From Dicyema japonicum (lineage: Eukaryota; Animalia; Dicyemida): a stretch of 63,839 nt of DNA. Where the stretch lies: contig RDEW01000087.1 of NCBI GenBank assembly GCA_011109175.1, positions 62,162 through 126,000 on the forward strand, written 5' to 3'. This document shows, one piece after another, positions 1-10,959 of this stretch. Positions within the stretch are counted from its first letter, which is position 1, and every line of letters begins with the position of its first letter. A program made the position numbers and the translations under genes. The notes below the pieces were generated by a model. The model did no database searches. It was not told the origin of the DNA and worked only from the letters and a program-made list of their open reading frames with translations.

Positions 1-743
1 AGAAATGGTTTCTCAGCGTAAATGTTAACAAAACTGAAATTACGGAAATCAAAAGAGAAGACGATAATACTCAAGAAAGATGGAGACGTACTAATAAGCT
101 CGGTTCTCTACTAGTAGACGCTGAAGATGTACTGAGGAGGAAAACACTGGCAAATGCGGCAATGGCTAAACTGAAGAAAGGATGGCTAAGGGCCAAAGGA
201 CTTTGAATTGACATCAGATGCAGGCTTTACAACGCTTTTGTGTAACCGATCCTACAGTATAACGCTGGGACATGGGGAAGTTCCTTCAACGAACTATTGA
301 AACTGGATTCGTTCCATAGAAGGCAACTAAGAAGCTTACTCGGAATGGAGTGGCCACGTAGAATATCAACCACTGGTATCTACAACAAGTGTATGTGTTC
401 TTACATCAGCAAGGATGTGATAGAACTGGATTCGTTCCATAGAAGGCAACTAAGAAGCTTACTCGGAATGGAGTGGCCACGTAGAATATCAACCACTGGT
501 ATCTACAACAAGTGTATGTGTTCTTACATCAGCAAGGATGTGATAGATGCCCGGTGGAGGCTATTTGGGAATGTACTAAGAATGAACCCGGACGCACCGG
601 CTAACAAAGCGATGGAAGATTACTTTGACAGAGGCGAAAAACCCTTCCGCGGACGACCTAAATCGACACTTCCGACAGCCCTAAACAAAGACTTAAATCG
701 TGTGAGAAAAAATTTAAAGACAGGAGACGACCTGACGAATTGA
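1..743 (+). mobile_element. RTE-like LINE, post-RT 3' region, degenerate
   Basis: Translates to KLGSLL..DVLRRK.LA..AM.KL..W / YNAGTWG / LDSFHRRQLRSLLG..WPRRIS / RWRLFGNVLR / RGRPKSTLP, the typical RTE-clade C-terminal tract; in-frame stops near 210 and 243. Confidence 0.85.
301..546. repeat. Exact 123-bp (41-codon) tandem duplication inside the LINE
   Basis: aactggattcgttccatag...ggatgtgatag at 301 and again at 424; visible as a duplicated peptide in ORF 297..743. Confidence 0.95.
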
Positions 744-860
744 GATCACTCGCATTCGAGAGAGGAAAGACTAACTATAAATATTGTTTCTTTGAGTGTT
801 GCACATGCGTGGCTATAATCATTTTGGCTTTCGTGAAAGTGCTTTAATAATAATAATAAA

Positions 861-1171
861 TCAATAAAATGAAACCAACACAATTCCATCCCCTCTAATA
901 AACAGCATGTTAATATCTTCGTTTGATCTATTAATACAACAAGCATATTACACGTGACATTTATTTCAGTGATTTATTGTCAATTTCTACTGAGATTACC
1001 TTTTCCTGTACATTATAATTACACCATATTGAACTGTTGGTCGTATGCCTGTAGTTTGCCTGATATTTCTCTGTTATATCTCATTTTTATTAGTATTCTC
1101 TCGTTTAAACTTAATTTTAATAAATCAAAAGGGTCTTCCATATTTGATATTTGCTCTAGTTTAACAGATAT
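861..1171 (-). pseudogene. LSM3: LSm3 (U6 snRNA-associated Sm-like protein) pseudogene with one 24-nt intron
   Basis: Minus strand reads (I)SVKLEQISNMEDPFDLLKLSLNERILIKMRYNREISGKLQAYDQQFNMV/NVQEKVISVEIDNKSLK*MSR|IKR/DINMLFIRGDGIVLVSFY*, matching LSm3 (EPLDLIRLSLDERIYVKMR..RELRGRLHAYDQHLNM...MLFVRGDGVVLV). Two frameshifts, one nonsense codon; GT-AG intron 928-951. Confidence 0.85.
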
Positions 1172-1289
1172 TGTTATTTTTAAATTATTAATTTTAATTT
1201 AATTAATTTATTGAATTAAATTTTTGCATAATGGTTGAGGTTGGTGACGCATCTCAAATTGCACTAATGTCTTTTCACTATTTTCAAAC

Positions 1290-1660
1290 TCTCTGTTCAC
1301 GTCGTCGATCAAAAAGAGGTCACTCTGCCAGGATCTGAAACGATACTGCAAGAGACAATAGTTAAAAAAGGACTTAACGCACAAATTGCTGACTACGACC
1401 TTATTTTGCTTCTTTGGACTGTCACTTCTACGGAATGGGCTTTGCGGTGGACATCAGACTCCGGGAATATACAAAAAGAATATAGAAAGTGAATGACAGA
1501 ATTTGCGTAATTCAATTGGAAACTGGATTTAACTATATGCATAAATGTATATGCACCTATATCTCCAAAAGTATCTATAAACCTTACGGAACTTTATGAC
1601 TTTTACAGTTTACTATCCACAATTCTTATGGAAATATCCTCGAGCTACCTACTTTACATA
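1290..1660 (+). mobile_element. RTE-like LINE APE endonuclease fragment
   Basis: QET.VKKGLN.QI...GMGFAVD..L......VNDRICVIQL...NVYAP motif series; copy of 28400-28763. Confidence 0.75.
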
Positions 1661-1669
1661 TATCAAACA

Positions 1670-1945
1670 ACACTGTGTACGAAAGAATCAATTGCTACGC
1701 AATTTTGATTAATTCACAAAAATATGGTGGAGACTCTTTGGACTTGTATTTATAATAAAACTGGAAGCTTAGATTAACGCGACGAGAGATTACTTTTTTC
1801 TTCATTGACCATTCTATAGTTGATCTTTGACAATGACCCCTAAAGTCGCCAAGATATAGGATTCGTACATGAAGATCAACAATCGTAATAACTTTATTGA
1901 CCCGTTACTGATGCCATACACAGCACATCTGATCTCATCAAAATT
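1670..1945 (+). mobile_element. Merlin/ISXO2-like transposase fragment (second copy about 33900-34170)
   Basis: The 34 kb copy reads YMTINNRYNFIDPSTDANTQNI*S, resembling the Merlin H.TVNH..NFVDP.TG.HTQ.IES motif; heavily decayed. Confidence 0.5.
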
Positions 1946-1969
1946 ATTAATGTGAGGTAGTGTTTATTT

Positions 1970-3480
1970 TTTTATTTATTTAACACCCAAGACCACGGTA
2001 AAACCAAAACTAACTTTCACGTGATCCCGATGCGTTCCGACAGAATCGTCGTTCTTTCCCGATGCTTCTCCCTCGTACCCACACAAGCTCGTACTGGGCG
2101 GCTGACTGTAATTGCAGGGCCACCTTCCCACATGCCGGAGTTTTGTTTAATAAGGGCCTCTAGAGTAGTCGATCCGGTTCTGTGTCTCCCACAAGATTAC
2201 CGCTCCGTCATTCTGAAATCCTTCTTTTAAACGTCCTCGATTTTCTTAGTGTTCGTCCATGATAATGAAGGTCTGCACGTCGCACACGCGTACGAGAAGC
2301 ATGGTTCGATGTATTGTTTGTAAATGTTCATCAAGACCGGGTGGGTATTTGTCTTCCATATTCCAGAAAAACATTTTAATACATTGATCCTCTTCTCGTA
2401 CTTCAGAACAATGTTTGACATGTGGTGACAAACATAAGTGCGTATCCAATGTCACCCCCAGGATCTTCTGACATTTGCTGAGGGGGATTTCAACGTTGTC
2501 CAATTTTAACTTGACAGTCATCTTCCCCAACCTTTTGTCCAACTAACATAGACGTGACCGACTTTCTGGAATTTATCGTGAGTTGAGTCTGTCCAGGTAA
2601 ATTTGTAATCTTTCTGTAGCATTTTGGATATCTCGATCACGCGAGGCCAAAACAATGTCGTCCGCATGAGAGTAGAACATCGTTATTTGATTTCGGTGTC
2701 GGGAAGTCGGCCAGCTATAAATTAAATAAGGTGGGGGATAAAGGAGATCTTTGGGGGACACCATTTGGGAAAAGACGCGAGACTGATTTCAGTCCGCATA
2801 CACGTCCTTTTCGTCCACTTAAGAATTTTGTTATCCAAAGTTTAAGCTTCCCATAGATCTTGGACTGGAAAATTTTCTTTAATAATATTTTTCTCAAAAT
2901 AGAATAAAAAGCCTTGTTAATATCAATGGAACATAAGATTGTTTTCAAATGCCTGGTTTGTTTGAAAATCCATCTCTAATAAAGTTAGTTAATTTCTGTA
3001 GATACGTTGATGTAGAACAATCTCTCTTGAATCCGTGTTGAATACTCAAAACCCCTTTATCCAATCCTCCAAGATACGGTCTTATTTGAAATATAATAGC
3101 GTTCCATGGCTATGTTTAATGAGAAAATCCATTCCAATTTCGAGTTTGACTTCAGTATTTCCCGGTTGGCATACAGCCATATTTCTTGAAATCGTAGTGA
3201 GTCAGACCGTCTTCTATCTCTGACAGTTCAAGTGGAAAGATTATAGCTTATCTGTTTTTTTCTTTTCGGACATTGTATTGAAATGTATCCTTAATGATAA
3301 ATCATCAGGCTGAATATATTGCGTCGTACTTCGAGTACATATTAACTGTCCGCGGAGAAATATCTAAATACCTGTGGATATGCCACCCAACTTGATATAA
3401 CTATCACACCTGGCGAAATCTCAAATGCAATTGTCAAACTTAAGAATGGTCTCTCTCCTGGACCGGATGGAATCAATTCA
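1970..3480 (-). mobile_element. I/Jockey-group LINE, RT plus 3' end, 5'-truncated (near-identical copy about 34195-35710)
   Basis: PGPGERP, SIDINKAF, GVPQRSPLSPTLFNL, HADDIVL, KILGVTLD, SYACA.WRP.LS.TN.KKIE motifs; ends in a (TAAA)-rich tail near 1970-1985. Confidence 0.85.
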
Positions 3481-4085
3481 GAAATTCTCAAATACGGACC
3501 ACCAACACTAGTAGACAGATAGGCAGAACTACTCAACTCTATGTTTATAAAAAATAGAATACTCGGTCTTGGATCCGGACTATTAATTTTAATACAAAAA
3601 CCAAACAAGCATGCTGGACCTGTTGAAAATCGGCGTACAATAATATTGCTAAACACCTTAAGGAAACTTCTGTCATTAATTACGCTGAATCGAAAAAAAG
3701 AACAAATGGAAAACTATATATCCCCTAGTCTCAGTGGATTCAGGACTGGAAGATCCACTGCGGATGTAGTATGGAGCTAACACGAAGCTCAAAGTACGGG
3801 TCTGTAAGACGTTATCGAGTTAATTTACGTTCAATGTTGGTACTCCCTATGGAGATTCCCTCTCGCCCCTGCTTTTTGTCATATATCTGGAGTCGGTACT
3901 ACGAGATCTACGGAAGTTATATGATGGCAACTTCGTCGAAATTGCACATAACGACGACGTCGACTTTGTGTCAGAAGACAAATCGGCCCTACTTCGACTC
4001 CTCGAGGTGGCAACTGCTGAGCTGAACCGATGGTTTTTTGGAATGAACACCGCCAAAACTGAAATTGTGAAAATCAGAAGAATAA
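3480..4085 (+). mobile_element. RTE-like RT fragment
   Basis: IQKPNKHAGPVENRRTIILLNTLRKLLSLI, SGFRTGRSTADVVWS, GDSLSP.LF.IYLE, DDVDFVSE. Confidence 0.8.
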
Positions 4086-4089
4086 AAAG

Positions 4090-4975
4090 CAGTATTTTCT
4101 CTTTTTCTTTAACATTGACTTTCATCTGTATAGAGTTTCCTCTTATAGACCATTATTGCACTCCTCTAACTCCACCTTTGCCCTTCAACTCTTTGAGGTC
4201 CGATTTGAAAACAGGGAGTTTACTAATTAGCCCCTTTACTATTGCCGGTGTTTTTCCTCTAACCCCTCTCGCCACACTACTTATGTGCCCCTCCAGTGCT
4301 TCCAGGTCTGTCTGTCCGTAAGCATTTTTTGCACAGATCTGCTCTCTCCATTTATTTGGTGGTTTGGGCTTGTCCGTCAATTCCTCATTGGTTATCTGTG
4401 CTGCATACAGTACTCGGAGATGTCAAACAATGACCCTACTGGCTTAGCCTCCACCGCATAAGCCACAGCCATATTGATGTAGTTTAACACATCACCGTTA
4501 ACATTACAATGGGGAATCTTGCGGATAAATCTACGGTCCTTATGTGGAAGATCTGCCACTGCAGCGAGATTCCGCGCGAAGATCTCATAAACATGTTTAC
4601 GCTGCAACGTATCAAGCTCTGGTGCTCGTGGTCTCTTTAACAGTTGTGGTCACCTTTTCCCCGGCCCTTTAGACCAGTACCCTCTTTGCCTTCAGCCATC
4701 TACTTGAGTTTACTCACAGATATAGCAGTACTGAATCTTCCACTGCAGAGCTCCACCAAGTATGGCCAACTATTCCATGGCATTCGAGATAGCCTGCTAC
4801 GTACCTGCAGGACTACCTGCCTCGCGCATTCTTTTGGGTCAGCTGCCACAACGCTCTCAGATATGGCAAGAATTATATTCATACGATCAGGTAACACAAG
4901 TGACCCTTCTCCTATATCCTTTCAACATTTTTACCAACTCGAGAGAGTTGTAACGCCCCCGAATCGAAAGCAGGT
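4090..4975 (-). other. Unassigned GC-richer, coding-like degraded tract, probably TE-derived
   Basis: Chain of broken minus-strand ORFs (4153-4380, 4392-4607, 4700-4897) with GC content clearly above the flanks; no motif recognised. Confidence 0.3.
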
Positions 4976-5001
4976 TGAATTTTTTTGTATGCCATAAAAG
5001 A

Positions 5002-5538
5002 ACTTCAAAAAGAGTTAAACCGATAACTTGGAGATTTAAAAACACTGCATTTTTAACTGCCAATATAATAGTAACATATATGAGGGATAATCTAGTTTGT
5101 ATTTTTCTTTAATATTAGACTATGAAATTTATTTTTTAATAAGGAAAATTCTTATTTACAAAGATATCGTGAATATGGCGAAATTATTCTAGAATTAAAA
5201 GCGATAAATATTAATATACTTGTACTGTTAATATTTGTCCCAGCGTCTAATGACAAAATTTACCTTGACAGGATATTACTTTATATTAGTTATCATAATA
5301 ATTCATTCTTAGATCGTTTTGGTGATATGATGATATTTGAAAAACAATTGATTGATAAACATTCTTTTTATTATTGTCAAATTATTTTTAAAAAGTTTAC
5401 TTCTCATATTTTTCTCGATATTTCTTGTTTAAGAATTAAAATATTCAATAGTGAAGAAAATATTAGATTTTTCCTCATTGGTTATTTATTTATATATTTT
5501 AGGGTCATTTTGCATAAATTTCACTAGTGAAACAACAT
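5002..5538 (+). pseudogene. Surface-protein family copy 1 (end of exon 1 to start of exon 3), truncated and frameshifted
   Basis: KPITWRFKNTAFLTANIIVTYMRDNL, 24-nt intron, exon 2 ...FYYCQIIFKKF..ISCL..., 22-nt intron, then G(V)ILHKF/FCINFTSETT; closely similar to 7205-8209. Confidence 0.8.
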
Positions 5539-5572
5539 TTTTTTCATATATTTTTAAAAATGCTTTACCCAT

Positions 5573-5785
5573 AGTTTTAATAATGCAGAAAATAGAAACC
5601 TGTCAATAAATGAAGACTGCTAATACATTAAAAAAAAACAAATTATAAGATGTAAATTAAATGAAATGAACAAAAACTAAAAAATAATTATAATAAATAT
5701 GTACTATTTTAGGACAATTTCATCTTTGAAATACGACAAATAAAACATTGTTCTATTTTTTGTCCTAAATAGGACAATTTCGCCC
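5573..5785. mobile_element. Right end of the MULE-like element seen complete at 37215-39328
   Basis: Matches about 38993-39328 and ends ...aggacaatttcgccc, followed by the same flank aactaatta. Confidence 0.6.
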
Positions 5786-6235
5786 AACTAATTAAACTTC
5801 CTCATCATTCAGCAGGTTTCAAATTTCATTTATTTTAATTACAATTTTTTGGCTGTTTGTCGTTACCTCAAATGAGGATAGAATATGATTGGTTAAATAT
5901 AATAGATTTAAAAGGAGTATTAAAAATATAATTAATCTAAGTTTTACTTTATGGAATATGTCTAATTATAATAATTTATATCCACATGCTTATTATTATT
6001 AAGCACTCTTACCCTCACATTGTAATGACAAAACATGTTCATATCGAAGAACTAGTTATCTTATTCCACGTTCATCTGTCATATGCAATCTCTCATTGTC
6101 TATCACATCCTCTCAGTATCTCAGGCTTTTCCCGATCATTGAAGGTAACCGTCAAAGGCTATTTGGAGGGTAATGCTCGGTCGATCATAAAATCGTGGTA
6201 CTTCAGGCGAAGTAATTAATGGTTGTCTGTATGTT
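5786..6235. repeat. Dispersed module B (also 21735-22185 and 39329-39630)
   Basis: cctcatcat.cagcaggtt...gtcgttacct...ctagttatcttattccacgttcatctgtcat is shared by three loci. Confidence 0.85.
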
Positions 6236-6339
6236 ATTATAATTTTATATTAATATTAGAAAATGAAGTTTATGTATAATAAGGAAAATTAATATTACTG
6301 TCATTGTGTTATGTATAGGTTATTGACTAACACTAATTA

Positions 6340-6830
6340 AGCAAAAACTGACATTGTGGAAATCAAAAGAATGAAAAGCAGATCGAGTGAAACATGGCGA
6401 AAACCAAACTTGGCTCTTTACTTGGAGACAGTCAAGATTTTGCCAGATGAAAAGCCTTCGCTTGGGTAACAATAAACAAGTTGAAGAAAGAGTGGATTGG
6501 CAAACGACGATCCTTATCATCACTTCGCTTGAGACTGTATGAAGTCTTTGTCAAGCCGATTCTAATTTACAATTCATCGACCTGGGGAACGTCCAAAACC
6601 GAATAACTTGGACTAGACACTTACCATCGAAGACAACTTAGATCCCTACTGGACTAAACTGGCCAGCAAGATTGAATAAAAGTAATCGCTGTACAAGAAA
6701 TGTTGCACGGGTCCACTGTGTCTCGAAATTTCTGATATGCGCTGGAGGCTATTTGGACATATCTTGCGTATAAACTTAAGTTCTCCAGCAAACATTGCAA
6801 TGGAGGATTACTTCATGTGACAGGACCGTG
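6340..6830 (+). mobile_element. RTE-like LINE 3' fragment
   Basis: Frameshifted LLGDSQDF..KAFA..TINKLKKEW and ...PANIAMEDYF motifs. Confidence 0.6.
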
Positions 6831-7204
6831 TTTTCAGGAAATTATAACTATTATAATTTTACCTTTTGCTTATAATAATAATGCTAAAGCATTTTAATTT
6901 AATCACAAATTTTTAAATAAATGGATTGCCGCATTTCCAATGAGTTTCTTTGCATAATATCGTTGATTTCCATGAAGACTTTTTATATCTCACTAGTTTT
7001 CTTCAAGAATGTTACTCATTCTTGTATTTAATTTACTACAATAAAGTGATTAATTACAAAAAATAATAAATTTTAGAAAATTTTAATTAAATTAAATTTT
7101 AATAATATTTATTAAATTATGTATTTATATAAATTATTTATCATTCATAAAATATATAAAAATAAATATAAATCCCATTGATGAACTTTATAATCACAAG
7201 TTTG

Positions 7205-8209
7205 TTATATTAAATTTTTAGCAATTGTGCTGTCCTTAAGTATTATAGCAGTTGTTAACACTTTTACTATTAAAATATCAAATGCGACCGTTCCAACGTG
7301 GAAAATAATTATACATGACAAGTTATCCCTGTTATTTTCCGGAATCATTAACTTGAGACTTTTAATTTCAGTTCTAGTAATATTTGGAGTTATCACTTGA
7401 GTTGACACAGTTTTAATTTTAGTTTTAGTAATATCTGGAAAAACTGTTGTTTCACTAGTGATTTAATTTCAGTTATAATAATATTTGGAGTTATCACTTG
7501 AGTTGACACAGTTTTAATTTTAGTTCTAGTAATATCTGGAAAAACTGTTGTTTCACTAGTGAAATTTATGCAAAATGAACCTAAAATATATAAATAAAGA
7601 ACCAATTGGGTAAAATCTAATATTTTTTTCACTATTGAATATTTTAATTCTTAAACAAGAAATATTGAGAAAAATATGAGAAGTAAACTTTTTAAAAATA
7701 AGTTGACAATAATAAAAAGAATGTTTATCAATCAATTGTTTATCAATTATCATCATATCATCAAAACGATCTAAGAATGAATTATTATGATAACCAATAT
7801 AAAGTAATATCCTGTCAAAGTAAATTTGGTCATTAGACGCTGGGACAAATATTAACTGTACAAATATATTAATATCTTTCGCTACTAATTCTACAACAAT
7901 ATCGCCATTTTCTCGAAATCTTTGTAAAAACGAATTTTCCTTATTAAAAATAAATTTCATAGTCTAATATAAAAGAAAAATACAAACTAGATTATCCCTC
8001 ATATATGTTACTATAATATTGGCAGTTAGAAATGCAGTGTTTTTATATCTCCAAGTTATCGGTTTAACTCTTTTTGAAGTTGTATGAGGGCATACATATC
8101 CATAATAGTTTGAATGCTCATGGTCGAAATTAGTATAAACCATTTGATCTAGAATTACAGGAGTTATTAAAATAATAAATAATTCATATGCACATATAAA
8201 TAGGGTCAT
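7205..8209 (-). CDS. Surface-protein family copy 2, the most complete: signal peptide, beta-rich ectodomain, Thr-rich stalk, hydrophobic C-terminus; frameshifted by a 101-nt duplication as assembled
   Basis: ATG 8209; introns 7964-7987 (24 nt) and 7581-7602 (22 nt) join MTLFICAYELFIILITPVILDQM...CPH...ITW...DNL|TMKFIFNKENS...FYYCQ...ISCL...PIG|SFCINFTSETTVFPDITRTKIKTVSTQVITPN in frame. A repeat with period 101 (7361/7462) shifts the frame; without it the ORF reaches the stop at 7205. Confidence 0.7.
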
Positions 8210-8644
8210 TTATAGGTCATTATTTATTTAAATTATTTTATAATTATTAAATTATTTTTAATTAAATCAAATTTATTAATAATATCTCAAATGATTGATT
8301 AATATGTCTGAATTTAGAGACACTTTATTAAACCAACCTAAAAAGTTACTATTTGAAATTAACAACCATCCTCGTCTATTGTTTAATTGACCCTTCTTCC
8401 TATCTACATGCTCTGTCTTTTATACTCCAATGTAATTCTTTCTAGTGTTCTTTTTAAAAAGTGAAGTGTAGGTATTCTCGGAGATTACATCTTGATTTTG
8501 ATCTTGTTGTTTTTCTAAAACAAATTGCACCTTAGAGTAACAATTTACTCGCAATTAAAGAAGTCTTACAAAATTACACTGTCCATATACGAATGTTATC
8601 AGTAAATTGCTGATTTGTCTCAGGCATAATAACGGACTTTTTTT

Positions 8645-9273
8645 AAAGACCAAAGGTTTCCCCTCTTCGAATGGGAAAATTGTGATCCCGTCGGGACGTT
8701 TTCCGTCTCCTCTGTCAACACCAACAGGTTCTAGTATGGCTGGGTATCCCGAGACTCCAGGGCTCGCTTGACAATTCCGTTGATCGCCTTGTGTCTTGGG
8801 AATCGTCCTGAACTCCTTCGACAAGAGAGGGCATGGAGTCCATAACAATCGACGGTTGCGCCACATCGGCATTTGTTGGTCCGGCAAATCTCCAGTCCAA
8901 GTCTGGTGGAGATGCCGATGCGGACAGTATTGTCGTCAAGATGGGTCCCGACACTGCCAACTGGGAGTGCATTGATCCATGCGCCACTCGATTCGCATCT
9001 TCCAGTGACTAGACATGCACGTCTGTGTTGGTTTGATTGGTTCAGACGTCTCTCATATTTATCCTCGCAGATGGTCCTGTAACGATCTTTTTGCTCAGGC
9101 ATCATCCCTTCAAATGCTCCATCTCTGTGATTTCAGATGATTCTTTTTGGAGTTAAAGAATCATCCTGACCAGCAGTCGGCTGGAGCCCAAAGAGGATAG
9201 ATAAGCAGGGCAAGCCAGATCTTTCGTTGAAGGGATTCCCAGTCCGCCCAGACTAACGGGTAGGGTCGCTTGG
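8645..9273 (-). mobile_element. CRE-like (RLE-type) non-LTR element, C-terminal zinc knuckle and restriction-like endonuclease
   Basis: QATLPVSLGGLGIPS, CRCGATVDCYGLHALSC..SSGRFPRH, LEPVGVDRGDGKRPDGITIFP..GKPLV. Confidence 0.85.
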
Positions 9274-10064
9274 TAGACATTCCTCACGTAATCGTCAAAA
9301 TTGACATTAAAAATGCCTTCAACTCGATACGACGTGATACAATTCTGGAGGATTGCTTCATATACTACCCATCAGTGTACAGCTATATTCATAGTTCGTA
9401 CGGAAAACCATCCAGTCTGGTACATGGCCTATATTACATTCCATCGTCTTCTGGAGTCCAACAAGGAGACCCACTGGGGCCCGGCTTGTTCAGCCTGGGA
9501 ATTGCCCGTATCACAGGATACTGCTCCACTCCTCTGAGAGTATGGTATTTGGATGATTGCACCATGGGCGGCCATCCGAAGGATGTACTAGATTGTTTAA
9601 AAAGTCTGATAGTACAATTGGAATCCCTATGCCTAACTCTAAACACCAATAAGTGAAGTAACCAATTTTGGATTTCCACAGTCTGAATGGGATTTGATCC
9701 TTGGTATGTTCAGAGAGATCATTCCGAAAGCCACAGAAACCAAATCAGAAGAACTGGAAATACTTGGATGCCCTCTTACTGATGCTGGAATCAGTAACAC
9801 TCTAAGAACAAAAGAACATCAACTAAAAACAACATTCAGACGTCTGGAGATGCTGGACTCACACACCTCCCTATTCCTCCTGAGAAACGCCTTATCAGCA
9901 CAGAAACCGAACTACGTTCTTCGGGGGGCACCCTGCTACTTGAAAATGCAACAGCTCGATGCTATCGATTCCCTCTTCCGGAGTACTATTGAACGTATCA
10001 CAAATGTGAAATTTGACGACCAAGGGTGGGACCAAGCGACCCTACCCGTTAGTCTGGGAGGACT
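9272..10064 (+). mobile_element. CRE-like RT, inverted relative to its own C-terminal part
   Basis: KIDIKNAFNSIRRD, GVQQGDPLGP.LF, VWYLDD, LFLLRN, QATLPVSLGGL. Confidence 0.85.
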
Positions 10065-10420
10065 TTTTGTTCTGCGGGCCAAATCAATAATTGAATTGGT
10101 TCGCGGGCCACAAATTTTTTTAAAGAAAATTAAACTTTATTAACTAAATTAATGTGAGCATTGAATCTGCTTTTCTTTACTATTCTTTAAAAAAAACACT
10201 CAGATTTGATGACGACGTACGTAAGAGTTGCATAAGATGTTCATCAGTTAATTGGTTGCGAAATTTAGTTTTATCCATGTGATCTGCTGAAACAGAGCTT
10301 CACAAACATACGTTGATCCAAAAACAGATGCATTTTCATACGCATTCATAACCAAATTTGAATATTTTAAATTTAAAATTCTACTCCAAAATTTTAATAG
10401 TTGACATTCTTAAATATTGC
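10065..10420 (-). mobile_element. hAT transposase C-terminal (dimerization) fragment and subterminal region
   Basis: FGSTYVCEALF/IKTKFRNQLTDEHLMQLLRT; gcgggcca subterminal motifs at 10071-10103. Confidence 0.7.
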
Positions 10421-10499
10421 GATGAGGTCTATACCCGACTTTAACACGTTTTTCAGAAATCACAAAAAATATTAATGATATTAATTGTGACCGTTGAGA

Positions 10500-10700
10500 A
10501 AATGTTTAGGCTGAGTAAAATCCGCAAAAATCGATTTTGCCATTGCAACGCTCTACTCACAGTACTTCGAACCATGCATTTCATATGCGTGTGCTTTATG
10601 GGGACCACTGGCCTCTTATACGAACATCCAGAAAATCTCCGCAACCCAGACAGGGCCTTCAAACTAACCGAGAGATAGTATACAGGGAATATATTAGACA
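10500..10700 (+). mobile_element. I/Jockey-group LINE fragment
   Basis: LYSQYFEPCISYACALWGPLASYTNIQKI, homologous to the 2.2-2.4 kb element. Confidence 0.6.
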
Positions 10701-10959
10701 ATAGGGGAATCCTATCCGTTCAAAAAAAGACGGTAATTGGCTATACAAAAGTCTCCCATTTGTTATGGACCAAATGTGGTGTTTCTTTGAAGCTTATTTA
10801 TTTAGAAGACAGTCTCCGTCGATGGAATTTCCACTTTGTTTAGACTTTGCACCCCCTTGATGAACTAGCCCCAGTACTTTTAGAAAAACACTCTCAACGA
10901 GTATAATACTTCTCACACGACTATTATAATATTATTTTCACTTCTTCTAACCACCCCTT

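Noticed and set aside
954-1202. Hydrophobic 82-aa plus-strand ORF (and 28103-28303)
   Set aside because: Antisense shadow of the LSm3 pseudogene.
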